DNA of 52,148 nt from Parcubacteria group bacterium GW2011_GWA1_40_21. Lineage in GTDB: Bacteria > Patescibacteriota > Minisyncoccia > Phycocordibacterales > GWA1-40-21. A model generated the notes under the pieces. The model was not told where the DNA came from. It did no database searches and saw only the letters and a list, made by a program, of their open reading frames with translations. The position numbers and the translations under genes were made by a program. This document shows positions 17,191-26,540 of the stretch, one piece after another; the first letter of the stretch is position 1, and every line of letters starts with the position of its first letter. Location: positions 1 to 52,148 of the forward strand of contig LBYO01000002.1 of the NCBI GenBank assembly GCA_000996205.1. The letters are read 5' to 3'.

Positions 17191-17607
17191 TTATCTCTGA
17201 TATTCCTCTCTTGTGTTCATAACTATCTTTGGCCCACACAATAAAGTTTTTTTATTATCATGCCAGTATTTAATTTGATAGACCAATCGATAGTTATTGT
17301 TAAAATAACTTGAATACTCACTTTCTATCTTAACTGTCACTTTCCCATTTCCCTCTGTCAATTTCTTAAACGAATCCAGATCAATCAATGAATAATAGAC
17401 TGCGGGATCGTCCGATTGAGAAACAGGATCAAGATATGGCATCACTGAGACAACATCATTTGATATATCATTTTTCAACTCATAATTGCTTGGTAGCCAG
17501 ATAATTACCGATTCTAGTGAAGGTCGAGCCAAAAAGATAAACTCTAAAATAATAATCCCGCCTAAAATAAACATGTTAAATCCAACTTTTCGTGATTTAT
17601 TGCTCAT
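17191..17607 (-). CDS. hypothetical membrane-anchored protein
   Basis: The ATG is preceded by a strong SD (ACGGAGGA), and there is an N-terminal TM helix. The 3' end overlaps ORF 17045-17239 at an A7 tract (see findings). Confidence 0.55.
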   Translation of the reverse strand: MSNKSRKVGFNMFILGGIIILEFIFLARPSLESVIIWLPSNYELKNDISNDVVSVMPYLDPVSQSDDPAVYYSLIDLDSFKKLTEGNGKVTVKIESEYSSYFNNNYRLVYQIKYWHDNKKTLLCGPKIVMNTREEYQR

Positions 17608-17793
17608 TTATATCCTCCGTATATACTGCAAATTTCATTTCACTTAATTTAGCTGACTAACACTAGTCGCTTAGCCGTTATTTCAAAAAACAAATTTATT
17701 TCATTTAAGCACCCTTTAACATGAGTGTCAAGTTTTTTTCACAATTTTTTCACAATAAATTCCGTTTACACAAACACATAATTTTCATTAAAC

Positions 17794-18579
17794 CTACTCA
17801 ATAAGCAAAAACGAGAACATTAGGGCTATGCCGCCAAGTATGGAAATGAATTGAATCGCGGATTTTTTTGGGTCCGATGTTTTGTGGATTTCAGGGACGA
17901 GGTCCGAACCAGCGATGTAGATGAATCCGCCGGCAGCGATGGAAATTATGAACGGTGTGAATCCTTCTATTTTAGCGCCAAGCAGTAGAGCGATGATTAC
18001 TCCAAGGACTGCTGACAGAGCAGAATAAAAATTAAAAAGCAGAGCCTTGAATTTGGAAAAACCGTAGTGAAGAAGCAAGCCGAATTGCCCTATCTCTTGA
18101 GGTATCTCATGAAGAATGACTGCTATTGTCGTGGTGATTCCGACCTCTATGCTTACCATATAACTCGCGGCGATAATTATGCCGTCAAGAAAATTGTGAG
18201 CGGTATCGCTTAAAAGTATCATATAGCCTGCCGGTTTGATTTGTGTTTCCTCCTTGTGAACTTCAGAGTGGACTTCGCAAACCTCATCGGCTTCAGTATG
18301 GCTGTGCCGCCAATGGATGAATTTTTCAAGAACAAAAAAAATTATTATTCCCAGAAGAATAAAGGCGGAGATTACCGAACCGGAAATTCCGCTTTCAAAA
18401 GCCTCGGGTATGAGGTGCACAAAAGTGTCTCCGAAAAGCGCGCCTACGGAAAAACTGACCAAAACGAATATAATTCCTTTCAAAATTTTTTCATTTACGG
18501 AAATAAAAAATAGCCCAACAAAAGAAATCAGGCTGACGATGAGAACACTGACACCGCTGTATATTGATACGGTTAGCAT
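17794..18579 (-). CDS. zupT: ZIP family divalent metal transporter
   Basis: It carries HNFLDGIIIAASY and HEIPQEIGQFGLL, which are ZIP signature helices, and has 8 predicted TM segments. Confidence 0.85.
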   Translation of the reverse strand: MLTVSIYSGVSVLIVSLISFVGLFFISVNEKILKGIIFVLVSFSVGALFGDTFVHLIPEAFESGISGSVISAFILLGIIIFFVLEKFIHWRHSHTEADEVCEVHSEVHKEETQIKPAGYMILLSDTAHNFLDGIIIAASYMVSIEVGITTTIAVILHEIPQEIGQFGLLLHYGFSKFKALLFNFYSALSAVLGVIIALLLGAKIEGFTPFIISIAAGGFIYIAGSDLVPEIHKTSDPKKSAIQFISILGGIALMFSFLLIE

Positions 18580-18587
18580 TTTATAAA

Positions 18588-18629
18588 ATCATAACTTTAT
18601 CATTATTATAATATAAAGTATGATATAAT
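18588..18629. promoter_or_regulatory. AT-rich inverted repeat overlapping an extended -10 (TGATATAAT) in the zupT/dsbA-like divergent region
   Basis: ATCATAACTTTAT (18588-18600) pairs with ATAAAGTATGAT (18613-18624). TGaTATAAT lies at 18621-18629 on the plus strand. Confidence 0.3.
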
Positions 18630-18659
18630 GTATCTTAATATAAATTAATTTATAAAAAA

Positions 18660-19382
18660 ATGGAAGAAAAAAAAAGAAATAATTTTATGATTCCCGTGGC
18701 GATAATTGTCGCCGGAGCTTTAATCGCGGTAGCTTTATTTTTGACAAACAAGGACGAAAATCCGTCCGCAGGCGAAAAAATAGCCGGGGAAAGCGCGCAG
18801 AATGAAATCCAAATTGAACAGGTCACCGCCGACGACCATATTCTTGGAAATCCGAAAGCTCCCATAATGATTGTTGAATTCTCCGACACGGAATGTCCTT
18901 TCTGCAAGAATTTCCATCAGACTATGCACGCGACCATAGACACCTACGGCAAAACAGGCAAAGTCGCTTGGGTTTATAGGCATTTCCCGATAGACCAGCT
19001 TCATTCCAAAGCCAGAAAAGAGGCGGAAGCGACGGAATGCGCCGCGGAGCTTGGGGGTAATGAAGGATTTTGGAAATACATAGACTTGTTATACAAGAAA
19101 ACGCCTTCAAATAACGGGCTTGACTTGTCTCTTTTGCCGCAAATCGCGGAAGAGAGTGGTTTGGACAAAACCGAATTCAAGACTTGCTTGGATAGCGGAA
19201 AATACGCCGATAAGGTTGAGAAAAATTATCAAGATGCGGTCGCGGCTGGAGGGCAAGGAACGCCTTACACGGTAATCATCACTAAATACGAAAAAATCCC
19301 TATCAGCGAAGGCGCAATTCCTTTCAGCGGAGGACCTGTGAATATGAAGCTTATTCTTGATGATCTTATAAGCAAGAATTAG
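18660..19382 (+). CDS. DsbA-like thiol:disulfide oxidoreductase with an N-terminal membrane anchor
   Basis: It has an FSDTECPFCKNFH CxxC active site in a thioredoxin-fold context, plus an N-terminal TM helix. Confidence 0.8.
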   Translation: MEEKKRNNFMIPVAIIVAGALIAVALFLTNKDENPSAGEKIAGESAQNEIQIEQVTADDHILGNPKAPIMIVEFSDTECPFCKNFHQTMHATIDTYGKTGKVAWVYRHFPIDQLHSKARKEAEATECAAELGGNEGFWKYIDLLYKKTPSNNGLDLSLLPQIAEESGLDKTEFKTCLDSGKYADKVEKNYQDAVAAGGQGTPYTVIITKYEKIPISEGAIPFSGGPVNMKLILDDLISKN

Positions 19383-19437
19383 AATTATTTAGATCCAAGT
19401 TAATTTAAAAGAAGAGAGGCAAAAAAAATAAATTACT

Positions 19438-19743
19438 ATGATTATAACTATTAGTTTATTGTTTGTTATATTAATATTTTCTTTTATATTTGGTATTTTT
19501 TTACTGAATAATAAAGAAATGTCCAATTTTTCAAGAATTTTTTGGACATTTTTTACTCCTTTATTGCTGTATTTTTCTTTATTTTTAATTTTTGAGAGAT
19601 TTAATTTGCCCAAAAAAGTTGGAATCGTAAGTGAATTTCCTGGATTAATATTTCTTATAGCTGTTATAGGATTCTTTGTAGTTAATTATTTAATGCTGAC
19701 ATTTTATATTATTTATAAAAAGAGGGCTAAAGGCAATTTTTAA
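19438..19743 (+). CDS. hypothetical small membrane protein
   Basis: The 101-aa ORF has 3 hydrophobic helices. The region is very AT-rich and holds a competing antisense ORF, so support is weak. Confidence 0.3.
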   Translation: MIITISLLFVILIFSFIFGIFLLNNKEMSNFSRIFWTFFTPLLLYFSLFLIFERFNLPKKVGIVSEFPGLIFLIAVIGFFVVNYLMLTFYIIYKKRAKGNF

Positions 19744-19801
19744 TTATTTTTTATAGATAAATTTAAACTCGAAATGTTAGGCTTAATTTATAAAAATAAA
19801 T

Positions 19802-22800
19802 TTAAGCGAGCCCCATCATCCCGCGCAACTCGCAGTGTTCGCATTTTTTGTTGTCGCATTTTTTGTCCCAGAATGAAAAAGTTGCAATTTCTTTCACAAT
19901 CCTTTTGATTTCCTCGGCAAGAGCTTGAGTGTCTTCATCGGAAATGTCTAATTTTTCCTTATGATACTTCACAGCGTCATCCGGCTCGGTGAAATCTATT
20001 TCCCCCGATGTCATTCTGTATTTCCCTTTCTCATAGTTATCCAAAAGAAGTTTGTAAAATACGAGCTGGCGTTTGTAATCGCCTTTTGAATTTTTTGTTT
20101 TTCCTTCTATTTCATTCCGGCTTTTCGGCTTGGAAGTTTTGTAGTCAACGACATTGACATTTCCGTCTTCATCAATTTCCAATTTGTCCAATTTCCCTTT
20201 GAGAAGAATAGATTCTTCTCCGCTCTCCGTCTTTTCAATTGGCAGAAAAATGCCACCGATATTGAACTCGTTTATGATAGATCTTCTCCACTTCCCTTTA
20301 TAAAAATCATAGTAACCGCCGAGAGACTTTCCCCCTTTTTCAAGCGATTCTTCAAAATCCCTGTCGGAGAGAGGCTGTTTCATCAGATAATTTCTAAATA
20401 AATCCAGAAAATCTTTTCGGCTCATATCCTCCTCGTTTTTGTATTTATCAAAAAAATGACTTAATGCCGCGTGAACCGCCGTGCCGTACATCTGGTGCTT
20501 GCTTTGGGATTTTGGCAAACGGATTAGGTTATTAAAAAAATAATTCCACGGACAATTAAGGTAATTATTTATTGCCGTAACGGAAAGTCCTTGTTCAAAA
20601 AAAATCTTTTTAAGATATTCTTTGTCTTTAATGTCCGCTCCGGCGCTCTTTGCCTCCGAAAAAGCCGATTCTTTTTGACGCGAATATTTCTCTTCAAGAT
20701 CTTTCGTGTCAACGACATTAAGATGCGAGCCGTCAATCTCTCCGATAAACTGGGAAGGCAAAAGTTTTTCTCCATTTTCTCCTTCTAAAGAATATGTTAT
20801 CGCCGCTTCTTTTTTGGCTCTTGTCATCGCCACATAGAAAAGTCTGCGCTCATCGTCAATCTGAGAGCCTGCCTGAACAGATTCTCCGCTCATCGGTATT
20901 TTGAAATTCCTGATTTCCCTTTTGTTGCCCCAATGACCGTCAGTCGCTCCGACGATATAAACGAATTCATATTCAAGCCCTTTTGATTTGTGCGCCGTCA
21001 TAATCCTCACGCCTCTGTTGCCAACTTTTTTAGAATTGGATTTTATGGAAATGCCATGATTTTCCAATATATCCAAATAATCCACGAAATCACGAAGTCT
21101 GTAATCCTTATGATTTTGAGCCAGTTTTTTTATTTCTTCAAACAGCGTATCAAGCCGAGCAAGTTTTTCCGCGGAATTATTAAGCGAAAGGAGGTGATTC
21201 AAGAATCCGGAATCTCGAACGAGAGTTTCAAAAAAATCAAGGATGTTTTTATTTTGGGAAAGACGGCTCCACTTTATAAGATTGTTGAAAATTAAAATTA
21301 TTTTTTCGGACTGTTCCGCTCCGGCTTCTTTGAGTTTCGCCGAGCTTCTCAATATGTCAACGAGTCGGCTTTTTTTTGAAGCACAGTAACGCAATATTTT
21401 CAAAACATCCATATAATCAATATTCAAAAAATCAAAACACAGAACACGAGAAAGAAATTCGTCATTATTCAGATCATTTAACGAACGGGCGACAATTAAA
21501 AGCTTCAAAATTTCTTCATCTGAAAAAAGATTCTTATCGGATTCAATGGCGAACGGAATGCCGGCTTTAGCAAGCGAGCGGGAAATATTGGAAGCGTCCC
21601 TATTCTCCCTGTGAAGTATGGCTATCTCGTTCGGATTAACTCCCTCTTTAATCTTTTTCTGAATATCATCGGTCAAAAAGTCCATTTCATATCTGAATTT
21701 TGAGAAAGGATAAAGCGACAGCGCGATATTTTTGTGTCCGGCATTTGCTTTGAGTTTCACCCGCAGGCTCTCGTCTTTCAGAATATTTTTGCCGATAAGG
21801 CTATGGGAGGCATCTAAAATCGTCTGGGTTGAACGATAATTGTCATCTAGCCGCACAATCAAAGCTTCCGGATAAATATTTTTGAAGTAGAGAAAATTGT
21901 CCAGGGAAGCTCCTTGGAAACGGAATATCGCCTGTTTTTCGTCGCCGACGACGAAAAGGTTGGGATTTTCGTGAAAGCCTGAAATCAGTTCCAGCATTTT
22001 ATTCTGGGCGCTGTTGGCGTCTTGATGTTCATCGGCCAAAATGTATTGATATTTTTCCTGCAATTCCAAGAGAAGTCCTTTATCGCGGGTGAGGGATTTT
22101 ATAGCCTCAAGTATCATATCTTCATAGTCATACAGTCTCTTTTCCATCAAAGATTTTTCGTATTGTTTGTAGACGATCAAAAGCTCTTTATTTTTTTCAA
22201 TGCTTTTTTCAATATCCTTATACTTCCCTTTCATCTCTCCTTCATATTTACCGTTCTTGTGATACAAGTCTTCTGTGTTGGAAAAATTTTTCTCCTGCTC
22301 TTTAGTAATTTCAGCCAGATTTTCCGGACTCACATTTTCCCTTTTTAAATTCCTTATTTCGGAAATTATCGGCCGGATATGATAAAAAGGGTCGCCGTAA
22401 GGCTTGAGTTTCTGAAGCTTTGTGGAGCTTATTATTTCTTCCAGAATTTTAATTTGGTCAATGTCAGTGGCGTTGTTGGAGCCGATTATTCTCGGAAATT
22501 CTTCCGGATAATTTTTAATTATTTCATTGGCAAAGCCGTGAAAGGTATTGATGTTCACTTTGTAAGCCACGCTTCCGATGATGTCCGCCAATTTCTGGCG
22601 CATTGAGTGAACCCCAGATTCGGTGAAAGTCAGCGCGAGAATACTATCCGGAGTCGTATCGGTTTTCGCCAAAATATTGGCGATGCGAAGCGTGAGGATT
22701 GAAGTCTTCCCTGTTCCCGGTCCGGCGATTACCATAACCGGCCCTTCAATCGCGTCCACCGCTTCCTTCTGCCGAGGGTTTAATTTCTTGTATAATTCTT

Positions 22801-22819
22801 CAAATTTTGAAGTTTTCAT
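19802..22819 (-). CDS. UvrD/PcrA-type superfamily 1 helicase fused to a C-terminal PD-(D/E)xK (Cas4/AddB-like, 4-Cys) nuclease
   Basis: The helicase part shows Walker A AGPGTGKTS and LADEHQD, with a UvrD-like layout. The C-terminal part shows VVDYKTSK, QLVFYKLLL and the cysteines NCPWNYF ... CDNKKCEHC. Confidence 0.85.
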   Translation of the reverse strand: MKTSKFEELYKKLNPRQKEAVDAIEGPVMVIAGPGTGKTSILTLRIANILAKTDTTPDSILALTFTESGVHSMRQKLADIIGSVAYKVNINTFHGFANEIIKNYPEEFPRIIGSNNATDIDQIKILEEIISSTKLQKLKPYGDPFYHIRPIISEIRNLKRENVSPENLAEITKEQEKNFSNTEDLYHKNGKYEGEMKGKYKDIEKSIEKNKELLIVYKQYEKSLMEKRLYDYEDMILEAIKSLTRDKGLLLELQEKYQYILADEHQDANSAQNKMLELISGFHENPNLFVVGDEKQAIFRFQGASLDNFLYFKNIYPEALIVRLDDNYRSTQTILDASHSLIGKNILKDESLRVKLKANAGHKNIALSLYPFSKFRYEMDFLTDDIQKKIKEGVNPNEIAILHRENRDASNISRSLAKAGIPFAIESDKNLFSDEEILKLLIVARSLNDLNNDEFLSRVLCFDFLNIDYMDVLKILRYCASKKSRLVDILRSSAKLKEAGAEQSEKIILIFNNLIKWSRLSQNKNILDFFETLVRDSGFLNHLLSLNNSAEKLARLDTLFEEIKKLAQNHKDYRLRDFVDYLDILENHGISIKSNSKKVGNRGVRIMTAHKSKGLEYEFVYIVGATDGHWGNKREIRNFKIPMSGESVQAGSQIDDERRLFYVAMTRAKKEAAITYSLEGENGEKLLPSQFIGEIDGSHLNVVDTKDLEEKYSRQKESAFSEAKSAGADIKDKEYLKKIFFEQGLSVTAINNYLNCPWNYFFNNLIRLPKSQSKHQMYGTAVHAALSHFFDKYKNEEDMSRKDFLDLFRNYLMKQPLSDRDFEESLEKGGKSLGGYYDFYKGKWRRSIINEFNIGGIFLPIEKTESGEESILLKGKLDKLEIDEDGNVNVVDYKTSKPKSRNEIEGKTKNSKGDYKRQLVFYKLLLDNYEKGKYRMTSGEIDFTEPDDAVKYHKEKLDISDEDTQALAEEIKRIVKEIATFSFWDKKCDNKKCEHCELRGMMGLA

Positions 22820-22845
22820 TGGCGTAAATTATAACACGGAGACTA

Positions 22846-23002
22846 ATACCATCCCCAATTAATCATTTCCGCCAATCCTCCAAAATAGCGGGCTACGACT
22901 TTGAGGAAAATCCTCAACATATCTCGATATGCCTCGTATTTTCCTCTTCGTCTCGCCTCGCTATTTTGGACGCTAACGGAAAGCATTAATTGGGGATGGT
23001 AT
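22846..23002. other. 157-nt extended branched hairpin (18 + 6 + 12 + 3 bp stem segments; candidate sRNA or MITE)
   Basis: ATACCATCCCCAATTAAT (22846-22863) pairs with 22985-23002. TCCAAAATAGCG (22879-22890) pairs with 22959-22970. There are internal local hairpins. Confidence 0.6.
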
Positions 23003-23016
23003 AAGGTTGATTTATG

Positions 23017-23060
23017 TAAAATCCCCACCGCAAATTTATTTATTCACGGCGGGGATTTTT
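23017..23060 (-). terminator. intrinsic terminator after the 23069-23422 gene (also usable on the plus strand)
   Basis: AAAATCCCCACCG pairs with CGGCGGGGATTTT, and T-runs follow on both strands. Confidence 0.5.
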
Positions 23061-23068
23061 ATTCCATT

Positions 23069-23422
23069 TTAAAAACTTGCAGATGAAACTTGTCCGGAGG
23101 CGGAGTAAATTTGTTGCTTCTCTTTTTCTTTTTCCGTAGTGACGCAAAAATTGCATATCTTGAAACATCCATTGACGGCAATCCCTCCAAACATTACGGC
23201 ATTTTTAATGGATGTTGTGTAGGGATAAGGAATTCTTTTCCATTCATTATTAATCTCCAAATCCCCGCACTTCGGACACGTATTAACCAGGTATCGATTC
23301 AACAGAATGTCGAATTCACGTCCGGTAATCTTATCCCAAAATTTTTTAAAAGACTCCTTTAAAAAATTTTGTTTCTTGACTGCCTTTTTCCCTGCAGGCG
23401 CAACAATAGGACCTTCGCACAT
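23069..23422 (-). CDS. hypothetical zinc-ribbon protein
   Basis: It has a strong SD (AAAGGAGGTG) and CPKC ... CNFC cysteine pairs. Confidence 0.6.
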   Translation of the reverse strand: MCEGPIVAPAGKKAVKKQNFLKESFKKFWDKITGREFDILLNRYLVNTCPKCGDLEINNEWKRIPYPYTTSIKNAVMFGGIAVNGCFKICNFCVTTEKEKEKQQIYSASGQVSSASF

Positions 23423-23530
23423 TTAACACCTCCTTTCATTTAAATAAAATAAATAGGGAACAATTTTTATTATTATTGCCTAAAAATAAACTTAAATCAA
23501 GCAAGCTGAATTTGTAAAGTTTTGGACACC

Positions 23531-23573
23531 CAAACTTGGAAACCGAGTTTGGAAACCGAGTTTCCAAGTTGGC
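23531..23573. repeat. B-family hairpin repeat with internal tandem GGAAACCGAGTTT x2
   Basis: AACTTGGAAAC pairs with GTTTCCAAGTT. It lies directly after the rpoD stop codon. Confidence 0.5.
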
Positions 23574-23577
23574 GATT

Positions 23578-24771
23578 CTAATAATTCCTCAATCGGTTTA
23601 TCTTTTCGTGGATTCTTATTTTTTCGTGGGCTTTTGCTTCAATTTGTCTGATGCGCTCTCTGGTGACGCCGAATTCCCTGCCGACTTCTTCAAGCGTATG
23701 GGTTATTCCGTCACCTAAACCGTGCCTCATTTCAAGGATTTTTTTCTCTTTGGGAGAAAGGTCGCCGAGTATTTCTTTGACTTGGTCGGACAAAATTCTC
23801 CTTGAAGAATCCTGATCGGGAGAAAGAATTTTGTCGTCGGCTATGAAATCGCCCAGAGTTGATTTACCGTCATCGCCTTCATCGCCGACAGGGCTTTCCA
23901 AAGACACAGTATCCTGGTCAATTTTTTCAATATTATAAATTTTTTCAACTTCCAACCCCATCTCTGTGGCAATTTCCTCCGGCATAGGTTCACGCCCGAG
24001 ATCTTGAGAGAGTCTGCGAACAACTTGTTTGTATTTGGCGATGGTTTCAACCATATGCACCGGCACTCTGATAGTTCTAGACTGATCAGCTAACGCTCTC
24101 GTTATCGCTTGCCTGATCCACCATGTGGCGTAAGTGGAAAATTTATAACCTTTGGTCCAATCAAATTTATCAACCGCCCTAAATAATCCGAGGTTTCCTT
24201 CTTGAATAAGGTCAAGAAGGGTAAGATCAGCGCTTCTGCCAACATATTTTTTGGCGATTGACACCACAAGGCGCAAGTTCGCCCGGGCAAGAAGATTTTT
24301 CGCTTCTTCATCGCCCTGCTCTATTCTTCTTGCCAGCTCTTTTTCCATATTTGCCGAAACCAGCGCGTATTGCCCGATCTCCTTGAGATACATCTGGATT
24401 GAATCGTGAGAGGAATCGCTTTTGCCGCCATAAACATTTTTCTTGGAGGAAACCTCTTCCTGGTCAATGCTTAATATTCCCCCTCCTTCAAGAATGTCCA
24501 CTCCAGAGACAGAAAGTCGGCTATAGAGGTCATCTAAAAATACTATATCTTCTTCAATGTGCGGAAATTCTTTCAATATCTCGTCGTATGTGACAAAACC
24601 GCGCTCCTTTCCTTTAGCAAGGAGACGATCGGTTCTTGCTTTAAAGTCCTTCACTTTCTTGGCTATTTTCGGGTCTAATTTTTGTTTTTTTACTTTTATA
24701 ATCGCTTTTCTTGGAGCTTTCTTTGCTCCCCCTTTTTTCTTTAAAACTTTTTTTTGAATTTTCTTTTTCAT
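23578..24771 (-). CDS. rpoD: RNA polymerase sigma factor, primary sigma-70 type
   Basis: It carries region 2 ([37 protein letters not shown]) and region 4 ([19 protein letters not shown]). There is a Lys-rich N-terminal tail. Confidence 0.92.
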   Translation of the reverse strand: MKKKIQKKVLKKKGGAKKAPRKAIIKVKKQKLDPKIAKKVKDFKARTDRLLAKGKERGFVTYDEILKEFPHIEEDIVFLDDLYSRLSVSGVDILEGGGILSIDQEEVSSKKNVYGGKSDSSHDSIQMYLKEIGQYALVSANMEKELARRIEQGDEEAKNLLARANLRLVVSIAKKYVGRSADLTLLDLIQEGNLGLFRAVDKFDWTKGYKFSTYATWWIRQAITRALADQSRTIRVPVHMVETIAKYKQVVRRLSQDLGREPMPEEIATEMGLEVEKIYNIEKIDQDTVSLESPVGDEGDDGKSTLGDFIADDKILSPDQDSSRRILSDQVKEILGDLSPKEKKILEMRHGLGDGITHTLEEVGREFGVTRERIRQIEAKAHEKIRIHEKINRLRNY

Positions 24772-24814
24772 ATTTGTTTATTAATTTTTAATTAAATCGC
24801 GTATAAATAAAATT

Positions 24815-26539
24815 TCATTTTCCTATTTTTTTCAAACCTTCCAATTGTTTTACCAGCGACTGGCACTTATTCAAAATTTTTCTTAATTCATCTTCCCCGC
24901 TTTTTACCCTTTCCGCGTCGTGCAGTTCTTTGATGGCGGAATCGAGTTTGATCTTCAAATATTCTTCTTCAAGGCTCAAAATAAGATTGCCTAAATCTTT
25001 CTCCGCCACCTTATTATCCGCATAATAAACTTCCGCCTCAAAAATAAGTTTGTCTTTGGAACTTTCAGGCGTTTGCGACAATTCATTAAAATCTTTCTCG
25101 CCTATTATATTTTTAAGATTTTCTTTTGCTTTATCAAGAAGCGCGAACGGTTTGTCTTTTGATTCCTGCCAAAATAATATTCCGGCAATTCTTCTTAGGA
25201 TTGAATCCTTGCGAAGCGCTTGCGGTTCATCATCTTTTCTTAATATCTTAGCATTTCCGCTCGCAAATTCATCGTTCGCAACTATTTTGACCTGTTTTAA
25301 ATCGGCCCATATCGACTCTTCTTTGATTTGAGCCGTATCGGCTATCTTTGTCACAAAGTGAGATTTCTCAATATTACTTTCAAGCGCTGAAATAAAAGGG
25401 AGTACTTTATCTTTAATTTTCATAGCTATTTTTCTCCTGTCAGACTCTTCGCTAAGAACGCGATCTAAGTAGAAATCAATTATATGTTTGGATTCTTTGA
25501 GCGACATTGCCCATTTCTCCTTATTTTTCAAAATCAGCTCTGCTGGATCAAAACCTTTCGACAATTCGGCGATTTTCACTTCCATACCGAGAGAGAGAGC
25601 AATCTGCCAAGCTCTCGCCGAAGCGTTAAAGCCGGCATTATCCGCATCAAACGCCGTAATTACTCTGTTTGACAAACGCTTGAGAATCTCAAGATGATTC
25701 GCTGTAAGAGCTGTTCCCGACGATGCCACAGCGTTCACATAGCCGGCTTGATGGCACATAATTAAATCCATCTGGCCTTCAACCAATATTGAATAGTCCA
25801 TTCTTTTTATGGCTAGTTTTGCCCTGTCAAATCCGTAAAGCACTCTTGATTTGCTGAAAAGCTCCGTCTCCGGGCTGTTCAAATATTTCGCCGACTTGCC
25901 GTCATCGCGGAGAATCCTTCCGGAAAAAGCGATGACTCTGCCCGAGCTGTCAAATATCGGGAAAATAATTCTACCTCTGAATCTGTCGTATGATCTCCCC
26001 CCGTCTTTTTTTACGAGTCCCGCTTTCTCCATTTGACTCGCGGAAAAACCTTTTGTTTTTAGGTGATTTTCCAGATTATTCCACAGAGGCGGGGCGTAGC
26101 CGATCCTCCACTCTTTTATGGTCTTGTCCGAAAGTCCGCGCTTTTTGAGATAATCGGAGGCCTCGCTTGCTACAGAAAGATTATGTTCAAAGAAAACCGT
26201 TGATTCTTCCATCGCTTCAAAAAGTTTTTCCCTCTCGTCTCTGAATTTGGGATTTTCGGAAACAAGTTCCACTCCGGCTCTCTCCGCGAGAACTTTGAGA
26301 GCGCCTCTGAAATCCAATCCTTCAAACTCTTCCACGAAAGTAAAAATATCTCCTTTCGCCCCGCATCCAAAACAATAATACGAATCGCGTTCCGGAGAAA
26401 CGAAAAAAGACGGAGTCTTTTCGTTGTGGAAAGGGCATCTCGCTTTAAAACTGTTGCCTGCTCTGTCCAGCTTGATATAAGACCCGATGAGGTCAACTAT
26501 GCCGAGCCTCTCTTTAATTTTATCAACAGAAGATGACAT
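24815..26539 (-). CDS. dnaG: DNA primase
   Basis: It has the zinc finger CPFHNEKTPSF...CFGCG and the TOPRIM motifs EGQMD and DADNAG. Confidence 0.92.
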   Translation of the reverse strand: MSSSVDKIKERLGIVDLIGSYIKLDRAGNSFKARCPFHNEKTPSFFVSPERDSYYCFGCGAKGDIFTFVEEFEGLDFRGALKVLAERAGVELVSENPKFRDEREKLFEAMEESTVFFEHNLSVASEASDYLKKRGLSDKTIKEWRIGYAPPLWNNLENHLKTKGFSASQMEKAGLVKKDGGRSYDRFRGRIIFPIFDSSGRVIAFSGRILRDDGKSAKYLNSPETELFSKSRVLYGFDRAKLAIKRMDYSILVEGQMDLIMCHQAGYVNAVASSGTALTANHLEILKRLSNRVITAFDADNAGFNASARAWQIALSLGMEVKIAELSKGFDPAELILKNKEKWAMSLKESKHIIDFYLDRVLSEESDRRKIAMKIKDKVLPFISALESNIEKSHFVTKIADTAQIKEESIWADLKQVKIVANDEFASGNAKILRKDDEPQALRKDSILRRIAGILFWQESKDKPFALLDKAKENLKNIIGEKDFNELSQTPESSKDKLIFEAEVYYADNKVAEKDLGNLILSLEEEYLKIKLDSAIKELHDAERVKSGEDELRKILNKCQSLVKQLEGLKKIGK

Positions 26540-26540
26540 A

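Noticed and set aside
19389-19613. Minus-strand 74-aa ORF downstream of the DsbA-like gene
   Set aside because: It overlaps the plus-strand membrane-protein ORF in an extremely AT-rich stretch, and its Lys/Asn/Ile-rich composition is typical of noise. Even the plus-strand ORF is only weakly supported.
23533-23570. CRISPR array, suggested by the tandem GGAAACCGAGTTT x2 (and by the 12-mer x2 at 13165-13188)
   Set aside because: There are only two abutting units with no spacers, and they are embedded in a palindrome. No cas genes are present, apart from the Cas4-like domain fused to the helicase.
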